NCBI GenBank assembly: GCA_963836235.1
Contig: CAWIIP010000001.1
Coordinates: 1 to 64,000, forward strand
Direction: 5' to 3'
DNA from: an uncultured Pseudomonadota bacterium
GTDB lineage: Bacteria > Oederibacteriota > Muellerivitia > Muellerivitales > Muellerivitaceae
DNA: 64,000 bases
In this document: positions 40,042 through 51,018 of the stretch, piece by piece
Layout of the letters: every line of letters starts with the position of its first letter
Position numbering within the stretch: position 1 is the first letter of the stretch
Notes under the pieces: model-generated
What the model saw: only the letters and a program-made list of their open reading frames with translations
Database searches by the model: none
Told to the model about the DNA's origin: nothing
Translations under genes and position numbers: made by a program

Positions 40042-42921
40042 ATGAGAAAAAACAGCATCGTCGTTCGCGGGGCTCGTGAACACAATCTAAAAAACATTTC
40101 TGTGGAAATACCCCGTGATCAGTTGGTCGTTATTACGGGAGTTTCAGGCTCTGGAAAATCTTCGCTCGCATTTGATACCCTTTACGCTGAAGGCCAGAGA
40201 CGATACGTGGAATCTCTTTCTTCCTATGCCCGGCAATTTCTTGGGCTCATGGAAAAGCCGGATGTAGATTCAATCGAGGGGCTTTCTCCGGCAGTGGCTA
40301 TTCAGCAAAAAGCGGGAAGTCGTAATCCCCGATCGACCGTTGGAACAAGCACTGAAATTTATGATTATTTCCGACTTTTATTTGCAAGAGTCGGAATTCC
40401 CCATTGCACTAATTGTGGGCGCACAATAAGCCGACAAACAGTTCAGCAAATTGTTGATAGGGTCCTTTCATTTCCGGAAGGATCGAAGTTACACATTTTG
40501 GCACCCCTGATTTCCAGTCGAAAAGGAGAGTACAAAAAAATATTTGATCAAGTCCGAAAAGATGGATTTGTCCGGGTTCGGGTAGATGGCATATTGATGG
40601 AGGTGGACGATCGAATAAATCTTGAAAAAAACAAAAAACATGACATTGAAGTCGTAATTGACCGACTTGTTTTAAAACCAGAAATTAAAAAACGACTTGC
40701 CGATTCTCTTGAAACGGCATCCAAACAAGGGGACGGTATTTTAAAAATTCTTGTCGGTTCCGGCGCCAAGGAAGAAGAACACCTTTTTTCCGAACATTAT
40801 GCTTGCGTGTATTGCGGTATCAGCATGGAAGAGCCGGCACCCCGAAATTTTTCATTTAACAATCCTCATGGGGCTTGTCCAGCTTGCACCGGAATGGGCT
40901 TTAAAATGGAAGCGGATGAATCGCTTGTAATAGATCAGGAAAAGTCCATTCTTGAAGGGGCCATTGATCCTTACGATTCTCCCAAAGCCGTTTATTATCA
41001 AAACTTAGTGGAAGGTTTGTGTCAACATTTTAATGTGAAGCAGGAAACACCGTTTAAAAAATTACCTCAAAAGGTAAAAGATGCTCTTCTTTTTGGGACT
41101 CAGGAGGAAATTGAATTCAAAATTCAAAAGGGCAGTTACCGGCAAAAATTTTGGGGCCCCTTTGAAGGAGTCATTCCAAATTTAGAGAGACGGTATCACG
41201 AAACCGATTCCGAATCCATCCGAGAAGATATTGAGAAATACTTGGTGAGCAAAGCTTGCAGAGCCTGCAAGGGAACGAGATTAAAACCAGAAAGCTTGGC
41301 CGTGACAATTGGAGATAAGAACATTATTGATATTACTAGATTTTCAGTAAAAAAATGCCTGGATTTTTTTGACCAACTAAAGTTGGATACCAAAGCCTTG
41401 GCTGTGGCGGGTCAAATATTGAAGGAGGTCAAAAGCCGATTGCTTTTCCTCAAAAATGTTGGTCTGGATTATTTGACATTGGATCGGATGACTGCCTCCC
41501 TGTCTGGTGGAGAAGCACAACGTATTCATTTAGCTACCCAGATTGGCAGTGCCTTAGTGGGTGTTTTGTATATTTTGGACGAACCTTCCATTGGATTGCA
41601 TCAACGCGATAATGTCAGGCTCTTGGCTACCTTAAACCGATTGCGTGACATTGGAAACACAGTGATTGTCGTGGAGCATGATGAAGATACGATCGAAGCG
41701 GCCGATTTTATTGTAGATATGGGAATTGGAGCAGGTATTGAAGGCGGAGAAGTTGTGGTGGCAGGGTCCCTAGAGCAAGTTTTATCTAATCGTCGTTCCT
41801 TGACAGGTCAATATCTTTCTGGAGAACTTTCAATAGGACCAAAACTTGAAACAAATAGAAAGCAAGAAAAGTTTTTGACTTTGGTAGGGGCCTCAAAAAA
41901 TAACCTTAAAAATCTGACGGTTAGACTTCCGTTAGGATGTTTTATAGCTGTTACGGGAGTTTCAGGCTCCGGAAAAAGCACTTTGGTAATGGAAACGCTG
42001 TACCCGGCCTTACTTCATCAACTTTATCAATTCAGAATAAAGCCGGAAGGTTATGAGTCGTTATCGGGAGTCGAAAATGTAGACAAAATCATTGAAATTG
42101 ACCAATCCCCAATTGGACGAACTCCTCGGTCTAATCCCGCGACTTATACAGGTGTTTTTACCCAAGTTCGAGATCTTTTTGCTAGGCTGCCTGAATCCAA
42201 AGTCCGAGGTTACAAAGAAGGTCGTTTTAGTTTTAATGTGAAGGGGGGGCGTTGCGAGGCCTGTGAGGGGGATGGTGTTATTAAAATAGAGATGCATTTT
42301 TTACCCGATGTTTATGTACCTTGTGAAGTTTGCAAAGGCAAGCGTTATAATCGGGAGACATTGGAGATATTGTTTAAAGGAAAAAGTATTTCTGATATTT
42401 TGGAATTGAGTGTGGAAGAGGCTTTGCCTTTTTTCGCTTCCATTCCGAAGATCAATAAAATTTTGGAAACTCTACTTGAAGTAGGGTTAGGTTATATCAA
42501 ATTGGGCCAATCAGCAACCACGCTTTCGGGTGGGGAGGCCCAAAGGGTTAAGCTTTCGACTGAGCTGGGAAAGCGGAGCACCGGCAAGACCGTTTACATT
42601 TTAGATGAACCTACTACGGGGTTGCATTTCGCGGATGTTCACCATCTAATTCGGGTTTTGAATCGATTAGTTGATGCCGGCAATACGGTGATTGTTATTG
42701 AGCATAATTTGGATGTGATTAAAATTGCGGACTATATTCTTGACTTGGGGCCGGATGGTGGCGACGAGGGCGGCCAATTGGTAGTGTCTGGAAGCGTAAA
42801 ACAAGTGACGGAAAATTCAAAGTCTCATACAGGTCGGTTTTTGGCCGAGAAGATTCGAAAAGACCTAAACCGAGTGAAAAGTCAGGGAAAACGTGCCTTC
42901 ACCATTGGAAATGCGCGTTGA
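40042..42921 (+). CDS. uvrA: Excinuclease ABC subunit A
   Basis: GAREHNLKN, two GVSGSGKS Walker A motifs, AEGQRRYVESLS, zinc fingers, LSGGEAQR twice. Confidence 0.98.
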   Translation: MRKNSIVVRGAREHNLKNISVEIPRDQLVVITGVSGSGKSSLAFDTLYAEGQRRYVESLSSYARQFLGLMEKPDVDSIEGLSPAVAIQQKAGSRNPRSTVGTSTEIYDYFRLLFARVGIPHCTNCGRTISRQTVQQIVDRVLSFPEGSKLHILAPLISSRKGEYKKIFDQVRKDGFVRVRVDGILMEVDDRINLEKNKKHDIEVVIDRLVLKPEIKKRLADSLETASKQGDGILKILVGSGAKEEEHLFSEHYACVYCGISMEEPAPRNFSFNNPHGACPACTGMGFKMEADESLVIDQEKSILEGAIDPYDSPKAVYYQNLVEGLCQHFNVKQETPFKKLPQKVKDALLFGTQEEIEFKIQKGSYRQKFWGPFEGVIPNLERRYHETDSESIREDIEKYLVSKACRACKGTRLKPESLAVTIGDKNIIDITRFSVKKCLDFFDQLKLDTKALAVAGQILKEVKSRLLFLKNVGLDYLTLDRMTASLSGGEAQRIHLATQIGSALVGVLYILDEPSIGLHQRDNVRLLATLNRLRDIGNTVIVVEHDEDTIEAADFIVDMGIGAGIEGGEVVVAGSLEQVLSNRRSLTGQYLSGELSIGPKLETNRKQEKFLTLVGASKNNLKNLTVRLPLGCFIAVTGVSGSGKSTLVMETLYPALLHQLYQFRIKPEGYESLSGVENVDKIIEIDQSPIGRTPRSNPATYTGVFTQVRDLFARLPESKVRGYKEGRFSFNVKGGRCEACEGDGVIKIEMHFLPDVYVPCEVCKGKRYNRETLEILFKGKSISDILELSVEEALPFFASIPKINKILETLLEVGLGYIKLGQSATTLSGGEAQRVKLSTELGKRSTGKTVYILDEPTTGLHFADVHHLIRVLNRLVDAGNTVIVIEHNLDVIKIADYILDLGPDGGDEGGQLVVSGSVKQVTENSKSHTGRFLAEKIRKDLNRVKSQGKRAFTIGNAR

Positions 42922-42981
42922 CGGTTATTTCGCGCAAGGATATAATTTCGCTAAGCCTAACAACAAAGAGGTTTTTCCACA

Positions 42982-43959
42982 TTGAAAAAAATTTTTAGTT
43001 TTTACCGTTTTATTATTGAAACAATAATAGTATTTATCATTTGTTTATCAGCGGGTTTTCACCCGGCTTTTTCCCAAAACGGACCCGGTACAACAGGAGC
43101 TGTCGCACTTAAAATCCCTGTGGGACCCAGGGCCATCGCCATGGGGCAAGCCTTTGTGGCCGTGGCTGATGATGCAAATGCCATTTATTGGAATCCTGCA
43201 GGATTGAATCAATTGGGTGGAACCCATTTGACGGCTCAATATGATTCTTTTATCAGCACAGAATCTTATGATTTCCTAGCCGCTGCCACGAAACTGGGTA
43301 ATAACGCAGCCGTCGGTCTTGGGGTGAAAATATTATCATCAGGGCCACCGGAACCGGGAACTGATATAAATGGAAACGTAGTTCCGGGAGAGTTTGTTGG
43401 CGAGAATTATATGGATATTGATTTGGCGGGTGCCTATCGTTTGAGCTATTATTTTGATGTCGGATTAACGGCAAAATATATTAGCGAAAGTCTTTATGGA
43501 CCAAGTGGTTCGACTTTTGCAGTTGATTTAGGAATTCTCTATAAGACACCTATCCCTCATTTTACTGCCGGACTGAATTTTCAAAATTTAGGACCGGGGT
43601 TAAAAATTGGCTCGACTGCAGACCCACTTCCCCGCAACCTGAAAATCGGTGTTGCGTACAGAATGTTTGACAATAATTTTACAACCGCCTTTGATGTGAA
43701 TTTTCCCGATGATAACGCCATATCCACTAGTTTGGGCGGTGAATACTGGTACAAAAATACCTTGGTTGGCCGGTTTGGCTACCAGTTCCAGGGTTCAATT
43801 GATCAAAATCAAGTTGGGATCGGCGGGAAGGCGGGCTTGTATTTGGGCGCTGGTGTGAAGGTGGCGGCTTTTAAAGATTTCATTGGTTTGGATTATGCCT
43901 GGACGAATGATGGTTTTTTAGGCGCAGAAAATCTATTTGCCCTGGACTTTTATTTCTGA
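42982..43959 (+). CDS. PorV/PorQ-family outer-membrane beta-barrel (second paralogue)
   Basis: Signal peptide, LKIPVGPRAIAMGQAFVAVADDANAIYWNPAGL, QNLGP, DPLPRNLKIG, GGEYWY, LDYAW, terminal Phe. Confidence 0.82.
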   Translation: MKKIFSFYRFIIETIIVFIICLSAGFHPAFSQNGPGTTGAVALKIPVGPRAIAMGQAFVAVADDANAIYWNPAGLNQLGGTHLTAQYDSFISTESYDFLAAATKLGNNAAVGLGVKILSSGPPEPGTDINGNVVPGEFVGENYMDIDLAGAYRLSYYFDVGLTAKYISESLYGPSGSTFAVDLGILYKTPIPHFTAGLNFQNLGPGLKIGSTADPLPRNLKIGVAYRMFDNNFTTAFDVNFPDDNAISTSLGGEYWYKNTLVGRFGYQFQGSIDQNQVGIGGKAGLYLGAGVKVAAFKDFIGLDYAWTNDGFLGAENLFALDFYF

Positions 43960-44074
43960 TCTTTGTTATTTTCCTTCTCGCTTTACTTATATTCCTTTTG
44001 TGTTTAGGTGACGTAAACTTGGGTTTTGTTTTAGCTTAGCCCAAAGATAACTATTTAAAATTTGAGGACATTTC

Positions 44075-44731
44075 ATGAGTTCTGAACAAGAAATTTTCGA
44101 AAAATGCGGCAGGACCTACAACAACAATGATGTCATTTTTCGTGAAGGTGATATGGGCAATGAAATGTTCATTATCCAGTCGGGTAAGGTGAAAATAACA
44201 AAACAGCTCAAAGATGGTGTTGAAAAGACTTTGGCCATTTTAGGACCAGGGGATTTTTTTGGTGAAATGGCCGTTATCGACAAAGATGTCCGCTCGGCAA
44301 ATGCGATTGCGATTGAACCCTCGCGCCTCATTGCTTTGGATGAGGATGTTTTCGAAATGCATATGCAAACCAACCCCAAGATTGTAAAGAAAATTTTAAA
44401 GAACTTAACGTCCCGTCTTCGGGAATCCAACCAACAAATCGCTAATCTAATGATCAAGGACGCCAATCGATTAGTGGCCAATACTATTTTGTTGGTGGTA
44501 CACAAACACGGTGAAGAGGGTCCGGCTGGAATCACTGTGGATATTCCTTTTACGGTAGGGGAATTGAGCAAAATGTGCGGCTTGGAAACAGCAAAAACCC
44601 AAGAAATTGTTGACAAGCTTATCAAAGCTAAAGTTGTCCGCTTGTCGGGAGAAACAATCATGGTAACGAGTTTGGATAATCTCGAAAAATTCATCAAGTT
44701 TTTAGAGATGAAAGAACAATTTGGAGAATAA
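44075..44731 (+). CDS. Crp/Fnr-family cyclic-nucleotide-binding regulator
   Basis: IFREGD, IQSGKVKI, GDFFGEMA, RSANA cNMP pocket; C-terminal winged-HTH-like region. Confidence 0.85.
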   Translation: MSSEQEIFEKCGRTYNNNDVIFREGDMGNEMFIIQSGKVKITKQLKDGVEKTLAILGPGDFFGEMAVIDKDVRSANAIAIEPSRLIALDEDVFEMHMQTNPKIVKKILKNLTSRLRESNQQIANLMIKDANRLVANTILLVVHKHGEEGPAGITVDIPFTVGELSKMCGLETAKTQEIVDKLIKAKVVRLSGETIMVTSLDNLEKFIKFLEMKEQFGE

Positions 44732-44746
44732 TAGGAATCCATGTTC

Positions 44747-44774
44747 AAGCCCCGCAATTTTGTGGGGCTTTTTT
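44747..44774 (+). terminator. Intrinsic terminator
   Basis: AAGCCCCGCAA/TTGTGGGGCTT stem followed by a T tract. Confidence 0.8.
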
Positions 44775-44856
44775 GTATGTTTTATTATCGAGAGAATGTT
44801 TTGCGAGTTCATCACAATGCCCCTCAATGACAAGATATTAGGCACAGAGTAAAAGC

Positions 44857-45831
44857 GTGATACTGACAGAATTAACCGCGTCCATCCAAAATGATTTAAA
44901 TCGGGTTGAGCAAACCATTGCTGAAACGCTCCGGACCGAGAATGTTTTTATTCAACAAATGGTTGATTATCTTTCTGGTTCCACAGGGAAAAGGATCAGG
45001 CCAGCTCTCGGCATTTTATCCGCTAAATACTGTGGACAAGTCACAGATGAAACAATTGCCTTGGGTGCGGCCTTAGAGATGATCCACGTGGCAACACTTA
45101 TTCACGATGATATTATTGACAATTCTGAAATCCGTCGAAAACAGAAAACCTTGAATTTTAAATGGGGAAATGAAATTTCTGTTTTGATGGGTGATTATGT
45201 TTTTGCCTCATCTTTTTATTTGATGGCAAAAAAACTGCCCAAGAATATTTTAAGTACCCTTGCTGATACCACCAACATTATTTGCCGAGGGGAAATATCA
45301 GAAACCTTCCACCGATTTAATGCCGGGTTGACCGAAGCCCAATATTTTGACGTCATTAAGGAAAAAACGGCTAGCCTTTTTGCGGCAAGTTGCCAGACGG
45401 GTGCTATGCTGGCAGAAGGTGATGAAAGTGATATTGAAAACCTCTACCGCTTTGGCATGGGAATCGGAATGGCTTTTCAAGTAATTGATGATACTTTGGA
45501 CTTTGTTGGTAAAGAATCTACGATTGGGAAACCGGTTATGAGCGATTTGCGGGAAGGAAAGCTAACCCTTCCCGTCATCCATTGCTTCAATTGTGGCTCC
45601 CCGAGTGAAAAAGAAAAATTGACGGAGATTATTTTGAGTAAAGTAAAAAATGATAGCGACGTTCAATTTCTGAATTCCCTAATCGAAAAATACAAGGCGA
45701 TCGATTTTTCCATCAAAAGAGCGCGTCTTTTTGTGGAAGAAGCTAAATCAGCCCTTGATGAGTTGGATGAAAAGCCATCGAAAATCGAGTTGCTTTATTT
45801 TGCTGATTTTTTAATTAACAGAGATTTTTGA
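44857..45831 (+). CDS. Trans-polyprenyl diphosphate synthase (IspB/HepT-like; quinone side chain)
   Basis: GKRIRP, EMIHVATLIHDDIID (FARM), RR, KTASLF, AFQVIDDTLD (SARM), DLREGKLTLP. Confidence 0.92.
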   Translation: MILTELTASIQNDLNRVEQTIAETLRTENVFIQQMVDYLSGSTGKRIRPALGILSAKYCGQVTDETIALGAALEMIHVATLIHDDIIDNSEIRRKQKTLNFKWGNEISVLMGDYVFASSFYLMAKKLPKNILSTLADTTNIICRGEISETFHRFNAGLTEAQYFDVIKEKTASLFAASCQTGAMLAEGDESDIENLYRFGMGIGMAFQVIDDTLDFVGKESTIGKPVMSDLREGKLTLPVIHCFNCGSPSEKEKLTEIILSKVKNDSDVQFLNSLIEKYKAIDFSIKRARLFVEEAKSALDELDEKPSKIELLYFADFLINRDF

Positions 45832-45947
45832 GTGAGTTTTGTTCGTTGTGGTTCACTTTAAGTTATGCCTTGAAATTTAATGTGATGGTGTGTATAGAAT
45901 AGTTTGCATTTCCAGTTTGACCCCAGTCGTTCTCAAAAGAGAGGCCC

Positions 45948-46328
45948 ATGCTAGAACAATACGGCTATGTTTTGGTTTTTCTCTTTGCTGGAATTTTCTT
46001 CATCCTCATGGCCTTCGTGACAGGTTGGGCTTTAAGCCCAAATGGGTTGCTCGGTCTCAAATATAAATACAAAAAAGAAATTCTGGTCGATACTTATGAA
46101 TGTGGTGTTGAAACCTATGGAACCTCCTGGATCAGATTTAATGTAAGCTTTTACCTTTATGCCCTTTTGTTTGTCATTTTTGACATCGAAACGGTGTTTT
46201 TGTACCCTTGGGCTGTTTCTTTTCGACAATTGGGTATGTTCGGATTTTTAGAAATGATTGTCTTTATAGCTATATTGTTGGTGGGACTGGCGTATGCCTG
46301 GAAAAAGGAGGCCTTAAAATGGGAGTAG
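45948..46328 (+). CDS. nuoA: NADH-quinone oxidoreductase subunit A
   Basis: [30 protein letters not shown]. Confidence 0.95.
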   Translation: MLEQYGYVLVFLFAGIFFILMAFVTGWALSPNGLLGLKYKYKKEILVDTYECGVETYGTSWIRFNVSFYLYALLFVIFDIETVFLYPWAVSFRQLGMFGFLEMIVFIAILLVGLAYAWKKEALKWE

Positions 46329-46861
46329 GTTTAAAAGGCTTATCCAAACCTGAGATCGATTTGATGGAAAGCGAAAGCAAAGTCCCGGGGTTGTGGACCC
46401 TGGAAAAAGCCGTTGGATTCATTTTTCGCTGGGCCAGAAAAAATTCATTATGGCCTCTTCAGTTTGGAACGGCCTGTTGCGCCATTGAGATGATGGCGAC
46501 GGCAGCCGGTCGATATGATATCGCCCGTTTCGGAGCCGAGGTTTTTCGTCCTTCACCGCGACAAGCAGACCTTATTATTGCTGCTGGAACGATCACTGAA
46601 AAAATGGGCTATGCTTTGAAGAAGCTTTATGAACAGATGCCGAAGCCTAGTTGGATAATTGCAATGGGCAGCTGCACGATCGCAGGGGGGCCTTATTATT
46701 ACGACTCCTATACGGTCGTCAAAGGAATTGATTCTTTTGTTCCGGTTGATGTTTATGTGCCGGGATGTCCACCTAGGCCTGAATCGTTACTCCATGGATT
46801 GATGGCGATCCAAAAAAAAATTGAAGACGAACCTATTTTTCGCCGTCGCCCAAACACATGA
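46319..46861 (+). CDS. nuoB: NADH-quinone oxidoreductase subunit B
   Basis: [38 protein letters not shown]; AAGGAGG RBS before ATG 46319. Confidence 0.96.
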   Translation: MGVGLKGLSKPEIDLMESESKVPGLWTLEKAVGFIFRWARKNSLWPLQFGTACCAIEMMATAAGRYDIARFGAEVFRPSPRQADLIIAAGTITEKMGYALKKLYEQMPKPSWIIAMGSCTIAGGPYYYDSYTVVKGIDSFVPVDVYVPGCPPRPESLLHGLMAIQKKIEDEPIFRRRPNT

Positions 46862-46944
46862 GAGAAATTATTTTTAATGAAAAGCTGGCCGATCTTATTT
46901 CTGTAAAATTTTAATTCGTTGGTTTCTCAAGGGGTTTGATTTTT

Positions 46945-47418
46945 ATGACTGTGGAAGAACTAAAAACAAAAATCGAAACTGATTTTAAAGAGAAAATTGT
47001 ATCTGTTGTTTTGTCGGCACAAAAGGAAGTTTTGATAACGGCGAAACCAGAGGCCTATGTTTCGCTGTGCCAAGGTTTAAAGGATAAGCCGGAATATTCC
47101 TTCCAACATCTCTCCTGCCTCACAGCTGTCGACTATATCAAAGAAAACAAAATTACTGTTGTCGACCATCTTTGGTCTTACGATAAATGCCATCAGGTAA
47201 CAGTCAAATTGGAAGTAGATCGGGCCGTTGGGAAGGCTCCGACAGTTGAGAATGTTTGGAAAAGCGCTAATTGGTTTGAGCGGGAAGTATTCGATCTTTA
47301 CGGCATTGTTTTCGAAGGCCATTCGGATTTGCGCCGCATCATGATGCCGGACGACTATGCCAAATATCCTCTCAGAAAGGATTTCGCGGATGACGGATTT
47401 ATTGTTAAGCCAAATTAA
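46945..47418 (+). CDS. nuoC: NADH-quinone oxidoreductase subunit C
   Basis: [40 protein letters not shown]. Confidence 0.95.
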   Translation: MTVEELKTKIETDFKEKIVSVVLSAQKEVLITAKPEAYVSLCQGLKDKPEYSFQHLSCLTAVDYIKENKITVVDHLWSYDKCHQVTVKLEVDRAVGKAPTVENVWKSANWFEREVFDLYGIVFEGHSDLRRIMMPDDYAKYPLRKDFADDGFIVKPN

Positions 47419-48535
47419 ACCCGGTGGTGAATCCCAGTTTGGGACGGATGAGTATGTTGTCAATATGGGTCCGCAACATCCGGCGACTCACGGTGTTTTG
47501 CGTTTGGTGCTGAAACTGGATGGCGAAACAGTCAAGGAGACCTTACCGGTTTTAGGTTATCTTCACCGTTCCATTGAAAAAATCAGTGAAAACCGAACTT
47601 ATCCCCAGTGCATCACCTATACCGACCGGGTGGATTATGTCTCGGCTATGAGCGTGAACCTGGCATTTGCGCTGGCGACCGAGAGGCTTATGGGCATTGA
47701 AGCTCCTCCGCGGGCGCAGTGGCTGAGGATGGTTTTTGTCGAATTGCAACGATTGGCCAGCCACCTTTTGTGGATGGGAGCGTTTGCCGGAGACATCGGG
47801 GCTTTGACTCCTTTCCTTTATGGTCTTCGGGAAAGAGAACGAATCTTAGATCTTTTTGAAATGACCTGTGGCCAGCGCCTAACCTACAACTATATTCGCA
47901 TCGGCGGAGTCATGATTGATATCCTGCCCGATTTCACCGAAAAGTGCCGCTCTTTTCTCGATTATTTCGAACCAAAGATCAATGAGTATGAAGGTCTCCT
48001 AACTTATAACCCAATTTTTCTGGAACGGACCAAGGGTGTGGGGGTTATTACTCCGGAATACGGAATCAATAGTGGCGTTTGCGGTCCTTCCCTTCGTGGG
48101 TCCGGGGTTTCTTGCGACGTTCGCAAACAACAGCCTTATCTTTATTACGACCAAGTGAAGTTCACCGAATGTTTGGAGAACGACGGGGACTGTTGGGCAA
48201 GGTATATGGTTCGGATGAAGGAGATGCGGGAAAGTGTTTCAATTATCCGTCAAAGCTTGGATCGTTTGGAACCAGGGCCAGTCGAAGCCAAACTCCCACC
48301 CATACTAAAAGCGCCTCCGGCCAGTGAGATTTATTCGCGCATTGAATCCTCACGGGGTGAAATGGGGATATACCTGGTGGGGGATGGAACGCCAAAGCCT
48401 TATAAGGTGAAATACCGTTGCGCTTCTTTCAGCAATCTTTATGTTTTGGACCAATTGACGCGGGGATGGAAAGTTGCCGATATCATGGCAGTTTTGGGAA
48501 GTCTGGATATGATTGTGCCGGAAGTCGACCGTTAA
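47390..48535 (+). CDS. nuoD: NADH-quinone oxidoreductase subunit D
   Basis: [38 protein letters not shown]-terminal EVDR; no NiFe-binding CxxC pairs. Confidence 0.96.
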   Translation: MTDLLLSQIKPGGESQFGTDEYVVNMGPQHPATHGVLRLVLKLDGETVKETLPVLGYLHRSIEKISENRTYPQCITYTDRVDYVSAMSVNLAFALATERLMGIEAPPRAQWLRMVFVELQRLASHLLWMGAFAGDIGALTPFLYGLRERERILDLFEMTCGQRLTYNYIRIGGVMIDILPDFTEKCRSFLDYFEPKINEYEGLLTYNPIFLERTKGVGVITPEYGINSGVCGPSLRGSGVSCDVRKQQPYLYYDQVKFTECLENDGDCWARYMVRMKEMRESVSIIRQSLDRLEPGPVEAKLPPILKAPPASEIYSRIESSRGEMGIYLVGDGTPKPYKVKYRCASFSNLYVLDQLTRGWKVADIMAVLGSLDMIVPEVDR

Positions 48536-48563
48536 TATTCGTGATTCAAGGAAACATTGAAAT

Positions 48564-49625
48564 ATGTTAACCGGTGAAAACATCGTCAAATTCGTGGCGG
48601 GACTTCTGACTCAGGTTTATTCCATTGCGGGTCTGAAGGACTATTCCGGAGTTTTGAATCGTATTGTTTGCGCGGTTGTAATGTTCGGTTTTGTCTCTGT
48701 TTTTGTCATGTTTTTAGTATGGATGGAAAGGAAGGTTTCAGCCCGTATGCAGAGCCGTCTTGGCCCTAACCGTGTGGGCCCTTTTGGATTGCTTCAAACT
48801 CTTGCCGACGCTATTAAATTGACGACTAAAGAAGATGTTAAACCCGTGAAACGGGATAAGCTTCCTTACTTTATCGCGCCGATCCTGGCTTTTGTCGCGA
48901 CCTTCATGGGAATGGTGGTTGTCCCATTTGATAATAAAGTGGTTGTTGCGGATTTGAACATCGGTGTTTTATATATCATCGCTATCACCAGCTTTACGGT
49001 CATCGGCATCCTTTCGGCGGGCTGGAGTTCCAATAACAAGTATTCCATGCTCGGAGGTTTCCGATCGGCGGCGCAGATAGTCAGTTATGAGGTTCCGCTC
49101 GTGCTGTCGTTGGTTCCGGTTATCATGATTACGGGAAAACTTAACTTCAGCGGTATAGTGGAATACCAACAGCTACATGGTTATTGGTTCGTGTTTCCCC
49201 AGATGGTTGCGTTTTTGACCTTCATTGCGTCGGCCACCGCCGAGGCCAATCGGGCCCCATTCGATATTCCCGAGGCCGAATCGGAATTAACGGGAGGGTT
49301 TCATACCGAGTATTCGGGGGTTAAATTTGCCATGTTTTTCTTGGGGGAATACATCGCCATTGTGGTTTCGGCGGCCGTGGCGGCGACGGTTTTCCTGGGC
49401 GGCTGGCTTCCTCCACTCTATTTTTTGGGTTTTATTCCAGGTTTTGTTTGGTTCATTCTCAAAGTGCTTTTGATTATTTACCTCATCATGGCTTTCCGGT
49501 GGACTTTCCCCAGACTGCGAGTGGACCAGTTAATGGATTTCGGTTGGAAGGTTTTGATCCCAGTCACGATTGCGAATATTCTAATAACCGGTTTCGTGGT
49601 TCTGCTGTTTAGTAAGGGGGTTTAA
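48564..49625 (+). CDS. nuoH: NADH-quinone oxidoreductase subunit H
   Basis: ERKVSARMQSRLGPNRVG, SNNKYS, SYEVP, NRAPFDIPEAESEL, PRLRVDQLM. Confidence 0.96.
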   Translation: MLTGENIVKFVAGLLTQVYSIAGLKDYSGVLNRIVCAVVMFGFVSVFVMFLVWMERKVSARMQSRLGPNRVGPFGLLQTLADAIKLTTKEDVKPVKRDKLPYFIAPILAFVATFMGMVVVPFDNKVVVADLNIGVLYIIAITSFTVIGILSAGWSSNNKYSMLGGFRSAAQIVSYEVPLVLSLVPVIMITGKLNFSGIVEYQQLHGYWFVFPQMVAFLTFIASATAEANRAPFDIPEAESELTGGFHTEYSGVKFAMFFLGEYIAIVVSAAVAATVFLGGWLPPLYFLGFIPGFVWFILKVLLIIYLIMAFRWTFPRLRVDQLMDFGWKVLIPVTIANILITGFVVLLFSKGV

Positions 49626-50138
49626 ATGACAACTTTATACGCGTACCTTAAAGCCATTGTTCTGGGACTTTGGAATTTGTTGGTGGGGCTATCCATCACT
49701 TCCAGTTATGTTTTCAAAAAAACAACGACCCAACAATATCCAGAAGAAAAACTTCCACTTCCAGCTCGAAGCCGCAGCATGATTAAGTTGATATATGACG
49801 GAGAAAAAGACCAGTTTAACTGTGTGGCCTGCATGATGTGCGCTAAGGCTTGCCCCAACAACTGCATCAAATTGGAAGGCGTTCGCGGAGCGGATGGCAA
49901 ACGCCGGATGACGACCTTCAAACTGGATTTTTCCACCTGTATTTTCTGCGGTTATTGCGTAGAAGCCTGTGGTTTTGATGCCCTGACATTCGTATCGGAA
50001 GAATATGAGAATTCAGTTTATAAAAGGGGAAGTTTGTTGCAGGACGAGCACGCCATGAAGTGGGCTCGTCCCGCCCATCTCGCACCGGCACTCGAGGAAA
50101 CCGCCAAAGTCGAAGCGGTGGCCGGAGCAAAAGCATGA
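49626..50138 (+). CDS. nuoI: NADH-quinone oxidoreductase subunit I
   Basis: QYPEE and two 4Fe-4S motifs, CVACMMCAKACP and CIFCGYCVEAC. Confidence 0.94.
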   Translation: MTTLYAYLKAIVLGLWNLLVGLSITSSYVFKKTTTQQYPEEKLPLPARSRSMIKLIYDGEKDQFNCVACMMCAKACPNNCIKLEGVRGADGKRRMTTFKLDFSTCIFCGYCVEACGFDALTFVSEEYENSVYKRGSLLQDEHAMKWARPAHLAPALEETAKVEAVAGAKA

Positions 50139-50707
50139 CCGAAACAATTTTTTACGCCTTGGCGGGTGTTATTGTGGCCTCGGCCATCCTGGTTGTTTCA
50201 GTGAGAAATCTTTTCCATTGTGCTCTTGCCTTAGCCCTGACCATGTTCGGTATTTCGGGCATTTACCTCTATCTAGATTGGGAATTCTTGGCGGCCGTTC
50301 AAGTGTTGATTTATGTCGGAGCCGTGACAGTACTCATCATTTTCGGCATTATGTTGACCCGTAAAGTGATGGATGATAACGCGAGGGTCATGAACAATCA
50401 GGTTTTGTTTTCGTTCTTAGCGGCTGTGGCTGTATTGTTCATTCTCTTTGAAGTCATTGGGCGATCATCCTTCCAACAAAATGACCATCCAACGGCGGCA
50501 ATGGCGGCGGCTTCTTCCTTGGTTGGAACAACGCAAACGGGGGCTTCCGCATCTTTACCCGACAGTTATCAAAACGACGTCCTTTCTTTGGGAGGGGCGT
50601 TATTGAAGCCACAAAATGGCTTTGCTTTCGCATTTGAATTTGTCTCAATACTCCTTTTGTCAGCGCTGGTAGGTGCCGTCGTCATAGCCCGAAAGGATCC
50701 TGCATGA
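50135..50707 (+). CDS. nuoJ: NADH-quinone oxidoreductase subunit J
   Basis: EFLAAVQVLIYVGAV, FEFVSILLL; ATG 50135 overlaps the nuoI stop. Confidence 0.93.
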   Translation: MTETIFYALAGVIVASAILVVSVRNLFHCALALALTMFGISGIYLYLDWEFLAAVQVLIYVGAVTVLIIFGIMLTRKVMDDNARVMNNQVLFSFLAAVAVLFILFEVIGRSSFQQNDHPTAAMAAASSLVGTTQTGASASLPDSYQNDVLSLGGALLKPQNGFAFAFEFVSILLLSALVGAVVIARKDPA

Positions 50708-51018
50708 CCCAAATACCGATAGCTCATTTTCTTTATCTTGCTGCCATTCTTTTCGGCATCGGCATTTTTGGAGTTTTGGCGCGCAAAAATGCGATTTCGG
50801 TCCTTATGGGAATCGAACTTATGTTGAACGCTGTAAACATTAATTATTTGGCCTTCGCGAAATATTGGGGACAGGGCACGTTTAGCGGCCCGGTTTTTGT
50901 GGTTTTCGTCATTACTATCGCGGCCGCTGAGGCCGCCGTTGCGCTGGCCATCGTCATATCCATTTATCGTCAAATGAAGAGTACTAATGTGGATGATGCC
51001 CATTATTTGCGTGGGTAA
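50704..51018 (+). CDS. nuoK: NADH-quinone oxidoreductase subunit K
   Basis: MGIELMLNAVNIN, AAAEAAVALA. Confidence 0.95.
   Translation: MTQIPIAHFLYLAAILFGIGIFGVLARKNAISVLMGIELMLNAVNINYLAFAKYWGQGTFSGPVFVVFVITIAAAEAAVALAIVISIYRQMKSTNVDDAHYLRG

Noticed and set aside
44801-44817. TTGCGA-GTTCA-TCACAA as a CRP/Rex site
   Set aside because: The spacer is one base short of the canonical spacing and one half-site is mismatched.
46208-46318. Longer N-termini called by the ORF track (nuoB here; likewise nuoD, nuoJ, ccsA, hemB, TIGR03663-like)
   Set aside because: Downstream ATGs have clear RBSs or stop-start coupling, and they match where family similarity begins.
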